Positions 8,352 through 18,537 of a DNA stretch of 64,000 bases are shown here, piece by piece. The DNA is from a virus. Taxonomy: Duplodnaviria; Heunggongvirae; Uroviricota; Caudoviricetes. The DNA lies in the IMG/VR virus record IMGVR_UViG_2675903675_000001, positions 1-64,000 of that record; one strand, written 5' to 3'. Both the position numbers and the translations under genes were made by a program. The notes under the pieces were generated by a model. That model was not told where the DNA came from, ran no database searches, and worked only from the letters and a program-made list of their open reading frames with translations. Numbering within the stretch: position 1 is the stretch's first letter; every line of letters starts with the position of its first letter.

Positions 8352-10270
8352 TGAAATTTATTAACATGACGATCGAAAACTTTATGCGTATTGCCGAAGC
8401 TAAGGTTGAGCTTAATGATCGTGGTTTGATTTTAATTCAAGGTAAGAACACTGACGATACTTCCGCTGATAGTAACGGTTCTGGTAAATCAACGCTAATG
8501 AACGCCTTGTGCTGGGCTATCTACGGCGAAACTGCCAACGGCATGAAGTCCGATGATGTTCTCAGTACAGGGTTTGAGAAAAACTGTCGTGTTATGGTTA
8601 TTGTCGAAGATGAAGACGGTAAGCGATACTCAATCATGCGTCATCGCGCTCACGTCGCCAACAAGAACCGTCTTATGATTTCAAACGAAGATGGGGATCT
8701 AACTAAAGGCACTGACAGACTCACCCAAGAATTTATCGAGAAGCTTATCGGCGCGTCAAAAGAAGTCTTTTTGGCATCCATATACGCAAGCCAAGAAAAC
8801 ATGCCCGATCTACCCGGCATGACAGACAAAAACTTAAAAGCGATTGTAGAAGAAGCGGCTGGTGTAAATCGTCTGACTCTTTCTTATGAGATTTCTCGTG
8901 ACCGTCACAATGCGAAGTTGGCTGAATTAGGGGGTGTAGAAGGTAAAATCACAATCGCGGATCGTGCTTTTATTAGCGCACTCGAAACATCGGAAGAAAC
9001 AGAGTCATCAGCCGTAAAGTGGGAGTCGCAACGAAAAGAACGTATAGAGGAAGCTAAAAAGAGTATCAACTATGCCGAAATCACACTTACTGAACTCTCT
9101 TTTGCAAATAAAGATTTGGAAAGTGCCGCCAACATTGATGAAAAAATAATAGCGATTCGAGCCGAAATATCTAGCGTCAGTGAGCATGATAAAAAAATTG
9201 AAACTATCAGAAAAGGTATTTCAACGGCTAACTCAAATCTTGCTGTGAAAAACAGCGACTTGACTCGATTGAAAAATCGGGCTGGTTCTGAAATGGAAAG
9301 AGCTAAAACGGTATCCGCGAAAGTTGGATCGCCATGTTCCGAATGTGGCAAGCCTTACTGCGAAGCTGACTTAGAAACCGTAAAAAACAGTCACACCTCA
9401 AAAGCAAGGGATTATTTAGTTGAGATTAAATCAACTATTCAGCCTGAAATTGAGCGTATTCAGGAAACTGTAGAAAAAGGCGAAAAAATGCTTGAGGTTT
9501 TAAAATCCTCTCGACCTAATGTTGATTCTCAAATTGAGAAAATCGCCCTTCTGCAAAAAAACAAAAGCGCTATTGAAAAATCTCTCAGCGAAGAACGTTC
9601 CGCCGATAAAGTCTACAAAGATGAGAAAAGTAAATTAAGCATAATCGAAGCTGAGAAAAACCCATTTGCCGCGCTCATTGAAAAGACAAAGAAAGAAGCC
9701 GCGCTCCTGAAAGATAATTTAAAAGATTTAAAGGAAGTTAAGAAGAAATTAGAAGATGAATGTTTTCTACTCGAGGCTGCTCGGAAAGTATTCTCACCAT
9801 CCGGTGTCCGCAGTCATATTTTGTCTAACGTAACGCCTTTCTTAAATTCAAGAACAGCGGAGTATCTCAATACATTATCTGACGGCACGATTGAAGCTGT
9901 TTGGTCTACCATGGAAACCACGAAGAAAGGTGAAGTTAGAGACAAGTTTAACATTGCGGTGTCGAAAGTGGGTGCATCTAAATCATTTGGCGGTCTGTCT
10001 GGTGGTGAGAAGCGTAAAGTTAGAATTGCAACGGCGTTGGCTTTGCAAGATCTCGTCGCTAGTCGTGCAACTAAAAACATTCAATTGTTTATTGGTGATG
10101 AAATCGACGACGCTTTAGATACAGCAGGTTTAGAGCGTTTGATGGGTATTTTGGAAGTTAAGGCTCGTGAGCGAGGCACTGTAATGATTATCTCTCACAA
10201 AGAAATGAAATCATGGTTTAGAGAGACGATAACGGTTGAATCTAAGGACGGTCGTTCTTATGTCAGCTAA
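8351..10270 (+). CDS. sbcC: SbcC/Rad50-family ATPase (T4 gp46-like)
   Basis: Walker A 'GSGKST', long central coiled-coil with zinc-hook-like 'CSECGKPYC', ABC signature 'LSGGEKRKV', Walker B 'LFIGDEID'. Confidence 0.8.
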   Translation: MKFINMTIENFMRIAEAKVELNDRGLILIQGKNTDDTSADSNGSGKSTLMNALCWAIYGETANGMKSDDVLSTGFEKNCRVMVIVEDEDGKRYSIMRHRAHVANKNRLMISNEDGDLTKGTDRLTQEFIEKLIGASKEVFLASIYASQENMPDLPGMTDKNLKAIVEEAAGVNRLTLSYEISRDRHNAKLAELGGVEGKITIADRAFISALETSEETESSAVKWESQRKERIEEAKKSINYAEITLTELSFANKDLESAANIDEKIIAIRAEISSVSEHDKKIETIRKGISTANSNLAVKNSDLTRLKNRAGSEMERAKTVSAKVGSPCSECGKPYCEADLETVKNSHTSKARDYLVEIKSTIQPEIERIQETVEKGEKMLEVLKSSRPNVDSQIEKIALLQKNKSAIEKSLSEERSADKVYKDEKSKLSIIEAEKNPFAALIEKTKKEAALLKDNLKDLKEVKKKLEDECFLLEAARKVFSPSGVRSHILSNVTPFLNSRTAEYLNTLSDGTIEAVWSTMETTKKGEVRDKFNIAVSKVGASKSFGGLSGGEKRKVRIATALALQDLVASRATKNIQLFIGDEIDDALDTAGLERLMGILEVKARERGTVMIISHKEMKSWFRETITVESKDGRSYVS

Positions 10271-11126
10271 GTTTAATTTAGCAACGGCTATTGCTTCGGC
10301 AATAGCTATCTCTGATGTGATACGTCTGTCTACCATTTACGGTGAGAGTATCGTTAAGAAAAAGGTGGATTACTCAACGGCATCCTCAAAAGATATCAAC
10401 TCAAGGATATTGGTTGCTGCCGGAAAATTCGCAAAAGATGATATTAGCGGTGGCTTTGTTATTTCGGCGAAGCAGTGGGCGAAAGACAAAAGCAGACTAG
10501 CTAACATTTTGACCGAAGAGAATATTGCTAGAATCGACGCTTGGTTATCTTTGCAAATGTTGGAAGGCATAGAGGAAGAGTTTTTATCAATTAGTGTGGT
10601 GCGTATTCACACGAACCTTAAAGGTAAAAGTGACTACATCGTCATGCCTTTTATCAAAGCTGAAAAAGACTTTGCTATAAAAGGCGATCGAATTGTTCTG
10701 TACTGTGAAATTAATCATTTAGATTTAGCGGCAGCGTTACAGTTATCGACAACTTACCATGCGGAATTGGAAAAGCTCGTCAGTGGCATTATGGCGCTAG
10801 GTTTTACCAAAGATGAGGGTTCACACGAAAAACCATCAAAATATCGCTCAAACGACAGCACAGTTGCAATTTTCGGGTGTACGTGTGGTAACACCACGTT
10901 CAAGTTTCGTGTTGATGTTGAAAGTGAAGAAATCACAAGAGATCTCAATCGTATCGCCGCAATATCGAGTTTTTACACCGTCTCGTCAGATTTTGACACG
11001 TTGGATATAAACAACGTTGCCGATAAGACTTTGGTGAAAGAGATTATGAAAAATGAAACCGTAAAAAACGTCAGTTCGGATAGCGTTACCGTAAACGGTA
11101 ATCAGTTCTTATTTGGTTCGTTTTAA
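10259..11126 (+). CDS. hypothetical protein (289 aa)
   Basis: ATG 10259 with AAGGA RBS, overlapping the sbcC stop; no motif recognised. Confidence 0.5.
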
Positions 11127-11161
11127 ACACAAAAACACACACAATTAGGTACAAATATATT

Positions 11162-11734
11162 ATGAGTAAAATTATTAAAGTGGCTGGCGTTGATCCTTCA
11201 ATGTCGAATTTCGGAATTGTTTTCGGTGAAATTGATATTGAAACCAACAAAGTCATTTCAATTAACCGAATGGAGTTAGCACAAACGTCATCCGGTGATA
11301 CAAAAAAATCAGTTCGAGTTAACAGCGACGACTTACGCCGAGCGAGTGAAATATGGAAAAAAGCCAAACCCATTATACAACAGGCTCAATTGGTTTTTTG
11401 CGAGCTTCCGGTCGGAAGTCAATCCAGTCGAGCACAAACCTCATACGGTATTTGTATTGGTGTTCTGGCTTGTATCGATAAACCGTTAATCCAAGTAACA
11501 CCAATCGAAATCAAAAAATTTGTTGCTGGTAAAAAAACAACCTCGAAAGAAGAAATTATTGAATGGGCGACCAGTAAGCATCCAGAAGCACCTTGGATTA
11601 CTCGAAAGGAAAAAGGTGAAATTAAGTTTGCTAATAAAAATGAACACTTAGCCGATGCCGTTGCCGCTATTTATACTGGAATGGAAACCGATCAGTATCG
11701 CCAAATCTCCGCAGTTCTCGCCACTCTAATCTAA
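11162..11734 (+). CDS. RuvC-like Holliday-junction resolvase (phage type)
   Basis: N-terminal 'VAGVDPSMSNFGIV' (RuvC motif I Asp), central 'CELP' (catalytic Glu), C-terminal 'HLADAVAAIYTG' resembling RuvC 'DAADAxAIA'. Confidence 0.55.
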   Translation: MSKIIKVAGVDPSMSNFGIVFGEIDIETNKVISINRMELAQTSSGDTKKSVRVNSDDLRRASEIWKKAKPIIQQAQLVFCELPVGSQSSRAQTSYGICIGVLACIDKPLIQVTPIEIKKFVAGKKTTSKEEIIEWATSKHPEAPWITRKEKGEIKFANKNEHLADAVAAIYTGMETDQYRQISAVLATLI

Positions 11735-11756
11735 TCAACATATAGGTTACTTATAG

Positions 11757-11790
11757 GTCAACCACACAGCATATTGTTTTGTGTGGTTGA
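11757..11790. other. inverted repeat caaccacac(ag)...gtgtggttg (hairpin)
   Basis: 9-bp arms with a 13-nt loop; the same arm sequence recurs at 19199-19236. Confidence 0.6.
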
Positions 11791-11849
11791 TAATAGGTAT
11801 ATACTTACCTATTATAATTAACCAATAATCAATAAGGTGGATTTAACAA

Positions 11850-14147
11850 ATGACTCTACGAGTGACTAAACGTGACGGCACACTTGTACCGTTCGATGCA
11901 ACTAAATTTAATCAAGTGGCGGAATACGGAACGATTGGAATTTCCGGCGTTAGCGCATCGGCTATCGCAATGAAAGTTCATATCGGTGCTCACAATGGCG
12001 TTAAAACTACTGATATTCACGCAATGATGGTGAAAGCAGCGGCAGATTTGATATCCAAAGAATCACCAAATTATGAAAAAGTTGCTGCGCGTTTAAACAT
12101 CGGCTTAATTCACAAAGAAGCTTTTGGTCAGTATGGCTACCCTGACTTATTTACCCATATTCAAACCAACGTTGCGCGTAAAAAATATGATAATGATTTA
12201 CTGACTAAATACTCTGAGTCAGAAATTAATGAATTAGGTGAATATCTCGATCCGTCTCGTGATGAACTTTTTGGTTACGCGGCCACAATCCAGTTACGCG
12301 GCAAATATCTTGTCCAGAATCGAGTAACTGGCGAAATCTACGAAGCGCCTCAACACGTCTATATGCTTGCTGCAATGTGTTTCTTCCAAGATTGGAAACA
12401 CAAAAGTATTAGCCGAATGAAAATGGTAAAAGATTTTTATGATGCCACATCTACTTTCAAGTTATCTCTACCTACGCCTATCATGTCAGGCTTACGCACT
12501 CCGACTCGTCAATTCAGCTCATGCGTTGTTATGGAAGCCGGGGACTCACTCTCGTCTATTAACGCAACCTCAGCCGCTATCGTTAATTATGTGTCACAAC
12601 GAGCCGGTATTGGTTTTGGTTTCGGGCGTATTCGCGCTCTTGGTAGTGAAATTAGAGGCGGTGAAGCGAATCATACAGGCGTTATTCCGTTCTTAAAGCT
12701 ATTCCAAGCAGCAGTGAAGTCTTGTTCACAAGGCGGCGTTCGTGGTGGAGCAGCAACAGCGTTTTACCCAATCTGGCATCGTGAAGCTGAAAATCTTCTC
12801 GTTATCAAAAACAACCGTGGTGTTGAAGAAAACCGTGTCCGTCACCTTGATTACGGTGTGATGATTAATGGCTATTTCTACAAGCGCCTTATTGCTCAAA
12901 AGAATATCTCGTTATTCAGCCCTCATGATGTGCCTGATTTGTATGAAGCTTTCTTTGCTGATCAAGATAAATTTGCTCTTCTATACGAAGCGGCGGAAGC
13001 CAACGAGTCTATTCAACGCATTTCTGTTCCGGCTGTAGAGCTGTTTTCCTCTTTGATGCAGGAACGTGCATCAACTGGTCGTATTTATATTGCTAACGTT
13101 GATCACATCAACACTCACGGCGCATTTAAGCCAGAACTAGCCCCTGTTCGACAATCAAATCTTTGTTTGGAAATTACACTACCAACGAAGCCGCTTGAAT
13201 TTACCAACGATCCTGATGGTGAAATCGCGTTATGTACGCTTTCGGCGTTTAACTTGGGTGCAATTGAAAATTTTGCTGAGTTTGAGCATCTTTCATTCCT
13301 GATTGTCGCCGCGCTTGATTCTTTGCTTGATTACCAAAACTACCCACTATTAGCGGCTGAACGCTCTACTAAACGTCGTCGTAGCTTAGGTGTTGGCGCA
13401 ACAAACCTCGCTTATTACTTAGCGAAGAACGGTTTTAAGTATTCTGACAATTTAGGCAATCAGTTTTTGCATGACACGTTTGAAGCCATTCAGTATTTCT
13501 TACTTAAAGCCTCAAATGAATTAGCCAAAGAAGTCGGTGCTTGTGAGTTGTTCCATGAAACCCGTTATTCCGCTGGTGAGCTGCCAATCGACCACTACCG
13601 CAAGCAATTAGACAAAATGGACATTGGTGTCACAGAGCCTCTGAAAATGGATTGGGATGCGTTACGCGCTGATATTTTAACGCATGGACTCCGCAACTCT
13701 ACCCTAACAGCTTTGATGCCATGTGAAACATCAAGTCAAATTACAAACAGCACAAACGGCATCGAGCCGCCTCGTGGACCTGTCTCTGTGAAAATGAGCA
13801 AGGAAGGTGCTGTCAAAATGGTTGTTCCTGAGTATGAGCGTTTAAAAGATCAATATGAATACTTATGGGAGCTAGGCGGTAATACGGGTTATCTGACGAA
13901 AGTTGCAATCATGCAAAAATTCGTTGATCAGGCTATTTCTGCTAACACCAACTACGACCCAGAGATTTACCCAGAAGGTCGAGTTCCAATGAATCAACTA
14001 CTTCAAGATTTACTAACGGCTTACTCAACCGGAGTTAAAACGCTGTATTACCACAATACACGCGATCGCTCAGGTGAAGAAGATGACGAGGTAGAAACGA
14101 TTGTTGCACCAGGCGGTGATGATTGCGGCGACGCCTGTAAATTGTAA
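11850..14147 (+). CDS. nrdA: ribonucleoside-diphosphate reductase class Ia, alpha subunit
   Basis: 765 aa; N-terminal ATP-cone, catalytic 'NLCLEI', C-terminal Cys pair 'CGDAC' typical of NrdA. Confidence 0.9.
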   Translation: MTLRVTKRDGTLVPFDATKFNQVAEYGTIGISGVSASAIAMKVHIGAHNGVKTTDIHAMMVKAAADLISKESPNYEKVAARLNIGLIHKEAFGQYGYPDLFTHIQTNVARKKYDNDLLTKYSESEINELGEYLDPSRDELFGYAATIQLRGKYLVQNRVTGEIYEAPQHVYMLAAMCFFQDWKHKSISRMKMVKDFYDATSTFKLSLPTPIMSGLRTPTRQFSSCVVMEAGDSLSSINATSAAIVNYVSQRAGIGFGFGRIRALGSEIRGGEANHTGVIPFLKLFQAAVKSCSQGGVRGGAATAFYPIWHREAENLLVIKNNRGVEENRVRHLDYGVMINGYFYKRLIAQKNISLFSPHDVPDLYEAFFADQDKFALLYEAAEANESIQRISVPAVELFSSLMQERASTGRIYIANVDHINTHGAFKPELAPVRQSNLCLEITLPTKPLEFTNDPDGEIALCTLSAFNLGAIENFAEFEHLSFLIVAALDSLLDYQNYPLLAAERSTKRRRSLGVGATNLAYYLAKNGFKYSDNLGNQFLHDTFEAIQYFLLKASNELAKEVGACELFHETRYSAGELPIDHYRKQLDKMDIGVTEPLKMDWDALRADILTHGLRNSTLTALMPCETSSQITNSTNGIEPPRGPVSVKMSKEGAVKMVVPEYERLKDQYEYLWELGGNTGYLTKVAIMQKFVDQAISANTNYDPEIYPEGRVPMNQLLQDLLTAYSTGVKTLYYHNTRDRSGEEDDEVETIVAPGGDDCGDACKL

Positions 14148-14166
14148 TTAACCGTTTTTAAAGACA

Positions 14167-14192
14167 AAGGTGGGCTTATGCTCACCTTTTTA
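14167..14192 (+). terminator. rho-independent terminator
   Basis: aaggtgggc-ttat-gctcacctt followed by a T-run. Confidence 0.65.
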
Positions 14193-14256
14193 TTCGTCTT
14201 GAGTGCCGATTTAGTTAATCCAAAATGAACTCGATACAAATTAAAAGGAAAAATGT

Positions 14257-15378
14257 ATGTCCGGTTATTCCACATTTAGACAAACAAAAAATGACGCGAC
14301 AAAAGAACCTATGTTTTTAGGGTTGAGCGTTAATATTTCTCGTTATGATCAGCAGAAGTATCGTCTTTTTGAAAAAGCGATTGAACGCCAGTTAAGTTTC
14401 TTCTGGCGACCGGAAGAAGTTGATGTATCGAAAGATCGCATTGACTACCAAAACATGCCTGAGCATGAAAAACACATATTTATCAGTAATCTAAAATACC
14501 AAACATTATTGGATTCAGTTCAAGGTCGCGGCCCTAACATTGCTTTTTTGCCTATATGTTCTATCCCTGAGTTGGAAACTTGGATTGAAACTTGGTCATT
14601 CTCTGAGACAATTCATAGCCGCAGTTACACACATATTATTCGTAATCTGGTGAATGACCCTGATCGGATATTTGACGGCATTGTCGAAGATGACATGATT
14701 TTAGCAAGGGCAGCGGCAGTAACGGGTGAGTATGACAAGTTGATTGAAATGACAGCCTCTCGTCAATATCTTGGTCTTGAAGCTTTTAACCATGAATACG
14801 GCGAGACTGCAATTCACGATCAAATATTCAAGACTTTGGTTGCGGTTAACGCTTTAGAAGCCATTCGTTTTTATGTTAGCTTCGCTTGTACATTCGCCTT
14901 TGGTGAACGCGGTATTATGGAAGCCAACGCCAAGATCATGAAATTCATTGCGCGTGATGAGGCTTTGCACTGCCACGTTACACAAGAAATGATTAAGCTG
15001 ATGTACAGCGGTCGTGAAGGTGATTTGTGGAAGGCGATCGCGGAAAATAATCGCCAATTTATCATCGATACCATGAAAGCCGTTGCAGAGCAGGAAATGG
15101 CATGGGCCGACTATCTATTTAAAGACGGTTCCATGATTGGGTTAAACGCAGATATGTTAAAGCAGTACGTTAAACATAGAACCAACGTTTCAATGAAACG
15201 TATTGGCTTTTCTTATATTTTCCCAGAAATCACCTCTGATCCGTTACCATGGATGAATAGTTGGTTGCTTTCCGACAACGTTCAGGTAGCACCACAAGAG
15301 GCTGAGAAGTCCGACTATCTGACAGGGCAAATTGACTCAACTATCGACGCTGGTGCGTTAGCCTCGTTTGATATTTAG
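14257..15378 (+). CDS. nrdB: ribonucleoside-diphosphate reductase beta subunit
   Basis: 373 aa; ferritin-like di-iron ligands (E..H, 'EAIRFY', 'DEALH'), C-terminal acidic tail for R1 binding. Confidence 0.85.
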   Translation: MSGYSTFRQTKNDATKEPMFLGLSVNISRYDQQKYRLFEKAIERQLSFFWRPEEVDVSKDRIDYQNMPEHEKHIFISNLKYQTLLDSVQGRGPNIAFLPICSIPELETWIETWSFSETIHSRSYTHIIRNLVNDPDRIFDGIVEDDMILARAAAVTGEYDKLIEMTASRQYLGLEAFNHEYGETAIHDQIFKTLVAVNALEAIRFYVSFACTFAFGERGIMEANAKIMKFIARDEALHCHVTQEMIKLMYSGREGDLWKAIAENNRQFIIDTMKAVAEQEMAWADYLFKDGSMIGLNADMLKQYVKHRTNVSMKRIGFSYIFPEITSDPLPWMNSWLLSDNVQVAPQEAEKSDYLTGQIDSTIDAGALASFDI

Positions 15379-15393
15379 AGCCTTTTGAAAAAC

Positions 15394-15424
15394 GAGTGAC
15401 TACAGTTGTCACTCATTTATTATT
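15394..15424 (+). terminator. rho-independent terminator
   Basis: gagtgac-tacagtt-gtcactc followed by an AT/T-rich tail. Confidence 0.6.
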
Positions 15425-15473
15425 ATCATCAATAAATAAACAAGATAAATTATTAATTTAAGGAAATAACTAA

Positions 15474-16280
15474 ATGATCAACACAATGAATTCTTTAAGT
15501 CTGAAAGCCGTGAACGCGCCTTCTCTTCAGAAAAACAAGTACATCACAAGCTTACACGCGCTGGTTAAAGAATTTCACCAAGTTTTTGATCACCCTATAA
15601 ACAGCAAAAATATCACTCCCGAATTGCTACGCTTACGTGCTTCGTTGATTCGAGAAGAAGCAAAAGAAGGGGAAGCTGCTTGGAATGATGAAGATGAAAT
15701 TGAGTTGTTGGATGCGATCGGTGACACGGTTTATGTTTTAGTCGGCACTCTCGTTTCTTTTGACAATTCGATGAGTCGCGTTTTGTCTTTAAAACACGGC
15801 GACTTGGAAAATCCCACAGTTTACACAAAAGCTATTTCAAATCTTTACAGCTCTTTTTCTTCCGACTTAGAACAAAGTTTTGAAATGGCTATGGCAACCG
15901 CCGATGGGCTTGAAGAAATCGCTGGTGATTTGGAGAAAGGTCGATTAGAAATAGCGGAAAATGCGCTTTCTCTTCTCCCTTATTTTATCTCTGATTGTTT
16001 ATCAATGTTCAACTACACGCTTGAAATGGCGGGGGTTTCTCTTATTGAGGTTGTTTCGGCTATTCATGAATCAAATATGACTAAGCTATGGGCTAGCAAT
16101 GCCGAAGAGCGTCAAAAGCAGATTGAGGAATGTAAATATGAGCGTGAGTCCTTAGCTTTCCGCCCTTGTCTGTCTCGTGATGGGATGATCGGCTATCGTT
16201 TAGCTGACGGAAAAATACTTAAATCCCCTAGTTACACGCCTGTAGACCTAAGTGTTTTTGCCGATCAATTATCGTACTAA
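15474..16280 (+). CDS. mazG: MazG-like nucleoside triphosphate pyrophosphohydrolase
   Basis: N-terminal 'LHALVKEFHQVFDHP...LIREEAKEGEAAWNDEDEIELLDAIGDTVYVLVGT' fits the MazG/HisE EExxE...D metal-binding helix pair; a second, weaker repeat in the C-terminal half. Confidence 0.5.
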   Translation: MINTMNSLSLKAVNAPSLQKNKYITSLHALVKEFHQVFDHPINSKNITPELLRLRASLIREEAKEGEAAWNDEDEIELLDAIGDTVYVLVGTLVSFDNSMSRVLSLKHGDLENPTVYTKAISNLYSSFSSDLEQSFEMAMATADGLEEIAGDLEKGRLEIAENALSLLPYFISDCLSMFNYTLEMAGVSLIEVVSAIHESNMTKLWASNAEERQKQIEECKYERESLAFRPCLSRDGMIGYRLADGKILKSPSYTPVDLSVFADQLSY

Positions 16281-16372
16281 TGTAAATGCATTTGATAAGT
16301 AGGTGAATACGTACTATTATTCACTCGCCTTGTTAGAAAGTTGTAATTTGTTGCACTTACTCTGGTTTTATT

Positions 16373-16401
16373 AGCGTACCTATATGGTGCGCTTTTTTTT
16401 T
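16373..16401 (+). terminator. rho-independent terminator
   Basis: agcgtacc-tatat-ggtgcgc followed by T9. Confidence 0.65.
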
Positions 16402-16456
16402 ATTTACTGCCTATCAAACTTATATAGAATATAGTAAGTAAGTATATACATAACAG

Positions 16457-17596
16457 GTGGATAAAATGGAATATATGGATAGTGAAGAAAAAAAAGATAT
16501 GTATGAAGGTAATTTATCGTTATCCAACGACGACTCATACCGTCAAATCATCGAATCGGTAGCAGATAGCGGTTTTGATTCAGGGAAAAACAGAACTGGG
16601 GTTAATACAGTAGGTTTGAGTTTTATCCCTAGCTTTTACTTTTTAAGCGGCGGCGTTGTTCCGATGATCTCCGGCAAAGCCGTTAATGGTAAACCTCTTC
16701 TTGTGGAGTTGGATTGGTATCTTCGAGGCGAAGGCAATATCAATTTCATGAGCGAAAACGGCGTGAAAATTTGGGATCAATGGGCTAATGCAAATGGCGA
16801 TTTAGGACCTGTGTACGGTAAGCAGTGGCGCAAGTGGCGTGACACTCGCGTTGTTACCCCTGAACAGTACGAACTAATCAAAGAACGCGGTTATGAAGTT
16901 GACGGTGAGCTGAAAGATGGTCGATTGGCAATTACTCGCGAAATAGATCAGCTACAACGCATCGTGGACAATCTACGCAACGATCCTGAAAACCGCCGTA
17001 ATATCATGTCAGCGTGGAACGTAGGCGAGTTGGAAGACATGGCTCTACCACCTTGTCATTTTGCGTTTGGTGCATGGAGCAGAGAATTAGATCCAGCATC
17101 ACGATTAACCATGGCTATTTGCACAGGTGTCAATCACATCGAACATGACGTCTGTTCAAAATACGCAGAAATCGCCGAAGAAATTAGAGAAATTGGCGGT
17201 GACTTAGATGAATTCCTCCAAACGGTTACGCATGAGTGGCTTGATTGCCGAGATATACCGCGTCGTGTACTAAACACGGGTATGGTTCAACGCAGTGTTG
17301 ATACTTTTGTTGGTATGCCTTTCAACATTGCAGGTTACGGCATTTTAACTCATTTCCTTGCTCACATTACAGGGCACATGGCTGGCAACTTCACTCACTT
17401 TGGTTTCGATGTTCATCTTTACGAAAATCACAAAGAAGGGTTTGAAGAATATGCAAGTCGTGAAGATATCGAAGAGAACAAGCCAATTGTGGTGTTCCCT
17501 GACTCATGGAAAGAGCTGGCGGATTTTAACTGGCAAGAAATACAAATTCACGGGTACAAATCCCACCCTTGGATCAAAGTTCCAGTTGCTAAGTAA
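16457..17596 (+). CDS. thyA: thymidylate synthase family protein (ThyA-like; possibly a dUMP/dCMP hydroxymethylase) with an internal insertion of about 60-70 aa
   Basis: Conserved blocks 'DLGPVYGKQWRKWRD', 'RRNIMSAWNVGELEDMALPPCH' (catalytic Cys), 'RSVDTFVGMPFNIAGYGILTHFLAHITG'. The protein is 379 aa versus about 264 for canonical ThyA, with the extra segment between the PPCH block and the QRS block. Confidence 0.75.
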   Translation: MDKMEYMDSEEKKDMYEGNLSLSNDDSYRQIIESVADSGFDSGKNRTGVNTVGLSFIPSFYFLSGGVVPMISGKAVNGKPLLVELDWYLRGEGNINFMSENGVKIWDQWANANGDLGPVYGKQWRKWRDTRVVTPEQYELIKERGYEVDGELKDGRLAITREIDQLQRIVDNLRNDPENRRNIMSAWNVGELEDMALPPCHFAFGAWSRELDPASRLTMAICTGVNHIEHDVCSKYAEIAEEIREIGGDLDEFLQTVTHEWLDCRDIPRRVLNTGMVQRSVDTFVGMPFNIAGYGILTHFLAHITGHMAGNFTHFGFDVHLYENHKEGFEEYASREDIEENKPIVVFPDSWKELADFNWQEIQIHGYKSHPWIKVPVAK

Positions 17597-17608
17597 GGAA
17601 ACGACTCA

Positions 17609-18046
17609 ATGCAACCTTTAGTAATTTGCACCCTAGATGGGGTGCTTTGCGACGATTTAGACAGACGGAATTTACTCAATGACGGCAGTCTGTCTGAGTA
17701 CCATGAACGCCATGAACGCGACACATCCATTATCTCAACTGTTCGTATGTTGAAGGGGTTTCAACGTACAGGCTGTGACATATTGATTGTCGATAATAGA
17801 CCTGATGAACACTTAGCCTCTACAGAAGCTTGGTTGAGTGAGTATGGCGTCTTTTTTGATTATCTCTATTTACCCAAAGCAAAAGAAGCCGGACGCAACT
17901 TTAAAATGAAAGCTGTTCGTGAACATTTGCGAGAAAACGGCGGGCAAATTTTGGCCGTTATTTGCTCCGAAAGGCAAGATGAGCATGATTTTAGAAACCA
18001 CCCTCACCGACCGATTGTTTATTCAGTTACGAGAGGCGCGTCGTGA
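17609..18046 (+). CDS. hypothetical protein, possibly HAD-like nucleotidase (145 aa)
   Basis: N-terminal 'VICTLDGVLCDD' weakly resembles HAD/5'(3')-deoxyribonucleotidase motif I, with only one Asp where DxD is expected; sits within the nucleotide-metabolism operon. Confidence 0.3.
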   Translation: MQPLVICTLDGVLCDDLDRRNLLNDGSLSEYHERHERDTSIISTVRMLKGFQRTGCDILIVDNRPDEHLASTEAWLSEYGVFFDYLYLPKAKEAGRNFKMKAVREHLRENGGQILAVICSERQDEHDFRNHPHRPIVYSVTRGAS

Positions 18047-18537
18047 TTTCTATTATCGCAGCAGTATCAAAAAATAATGGGATCGGTGCTAACAATGACT
18101 TGCCTTGGCATTGTCCTCGTGACTTGAAACTGTTTAAGCAAAAGACCACCGATGAAATCGTTGTAATGGGCCGAAAGACAGCCGAAAGCTTAGGGAAGCC
18201 TTTAAAGGGGCGTCTTAACTTTGTGTTGTCTCATGATCCGAGCCGAGTGCCTTACGGTTTTTCAATTATTCGAGATATTGAAGAGGTGGTTGAGTTATCC
18301 AACTACCATGCCGTTTATATCATCGGTGGTGCTGAAATTTACCGACAGTTTATCGATATCGCAGATCGCGCCTTTATCTCTCACATTGAAATCGACACGC
18401 CAGAAGCTGATACCTTTTTTCCAATGGATGAGCTTGAAGCTAAATTCACCCGTCGGATGACACTCAATTATTACGATGAACTCATTAACGAACCGGGCTT
18501 TAGTCACACAATGTATTGGAAGGAAAACAATGAATAA
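18043..18537 (+). CDS. folA: dihydrofolate reductase
   Basis: 'ISIIAAVSKNNGIGANNDLPW' followed by 'VVMGRKTAESLGKPLKGRLNFVLS' and 'IIGGAEIY' match the DHFR NADPH/folate-binding blocks. Confidence 0.85.
   Translation: MISIIAAVSKNNGIGANNDLPWHCPRDLKLFKQKTTDEIVVMGRKTAESLGKPLKGRLNFVLSHDPSRVPYGFSIIRDIEEVVELSNYHAVYIIGGAEIYRQFIDIADRAFISHIEIDTPEADTFFPMDELEAKFTRRMTLNYYDELINEPGFSHTMYWKENNE

Noticed and set aside
16457-17596. Intein or homing-endonuclease insertion in ThyA
   Set aside because: The extra segment is only about 60-70 aa and lacks intein splice-junction residues or LAGLIDADG/HNH/GIY-YIG motifs; treated as a structural insertion.
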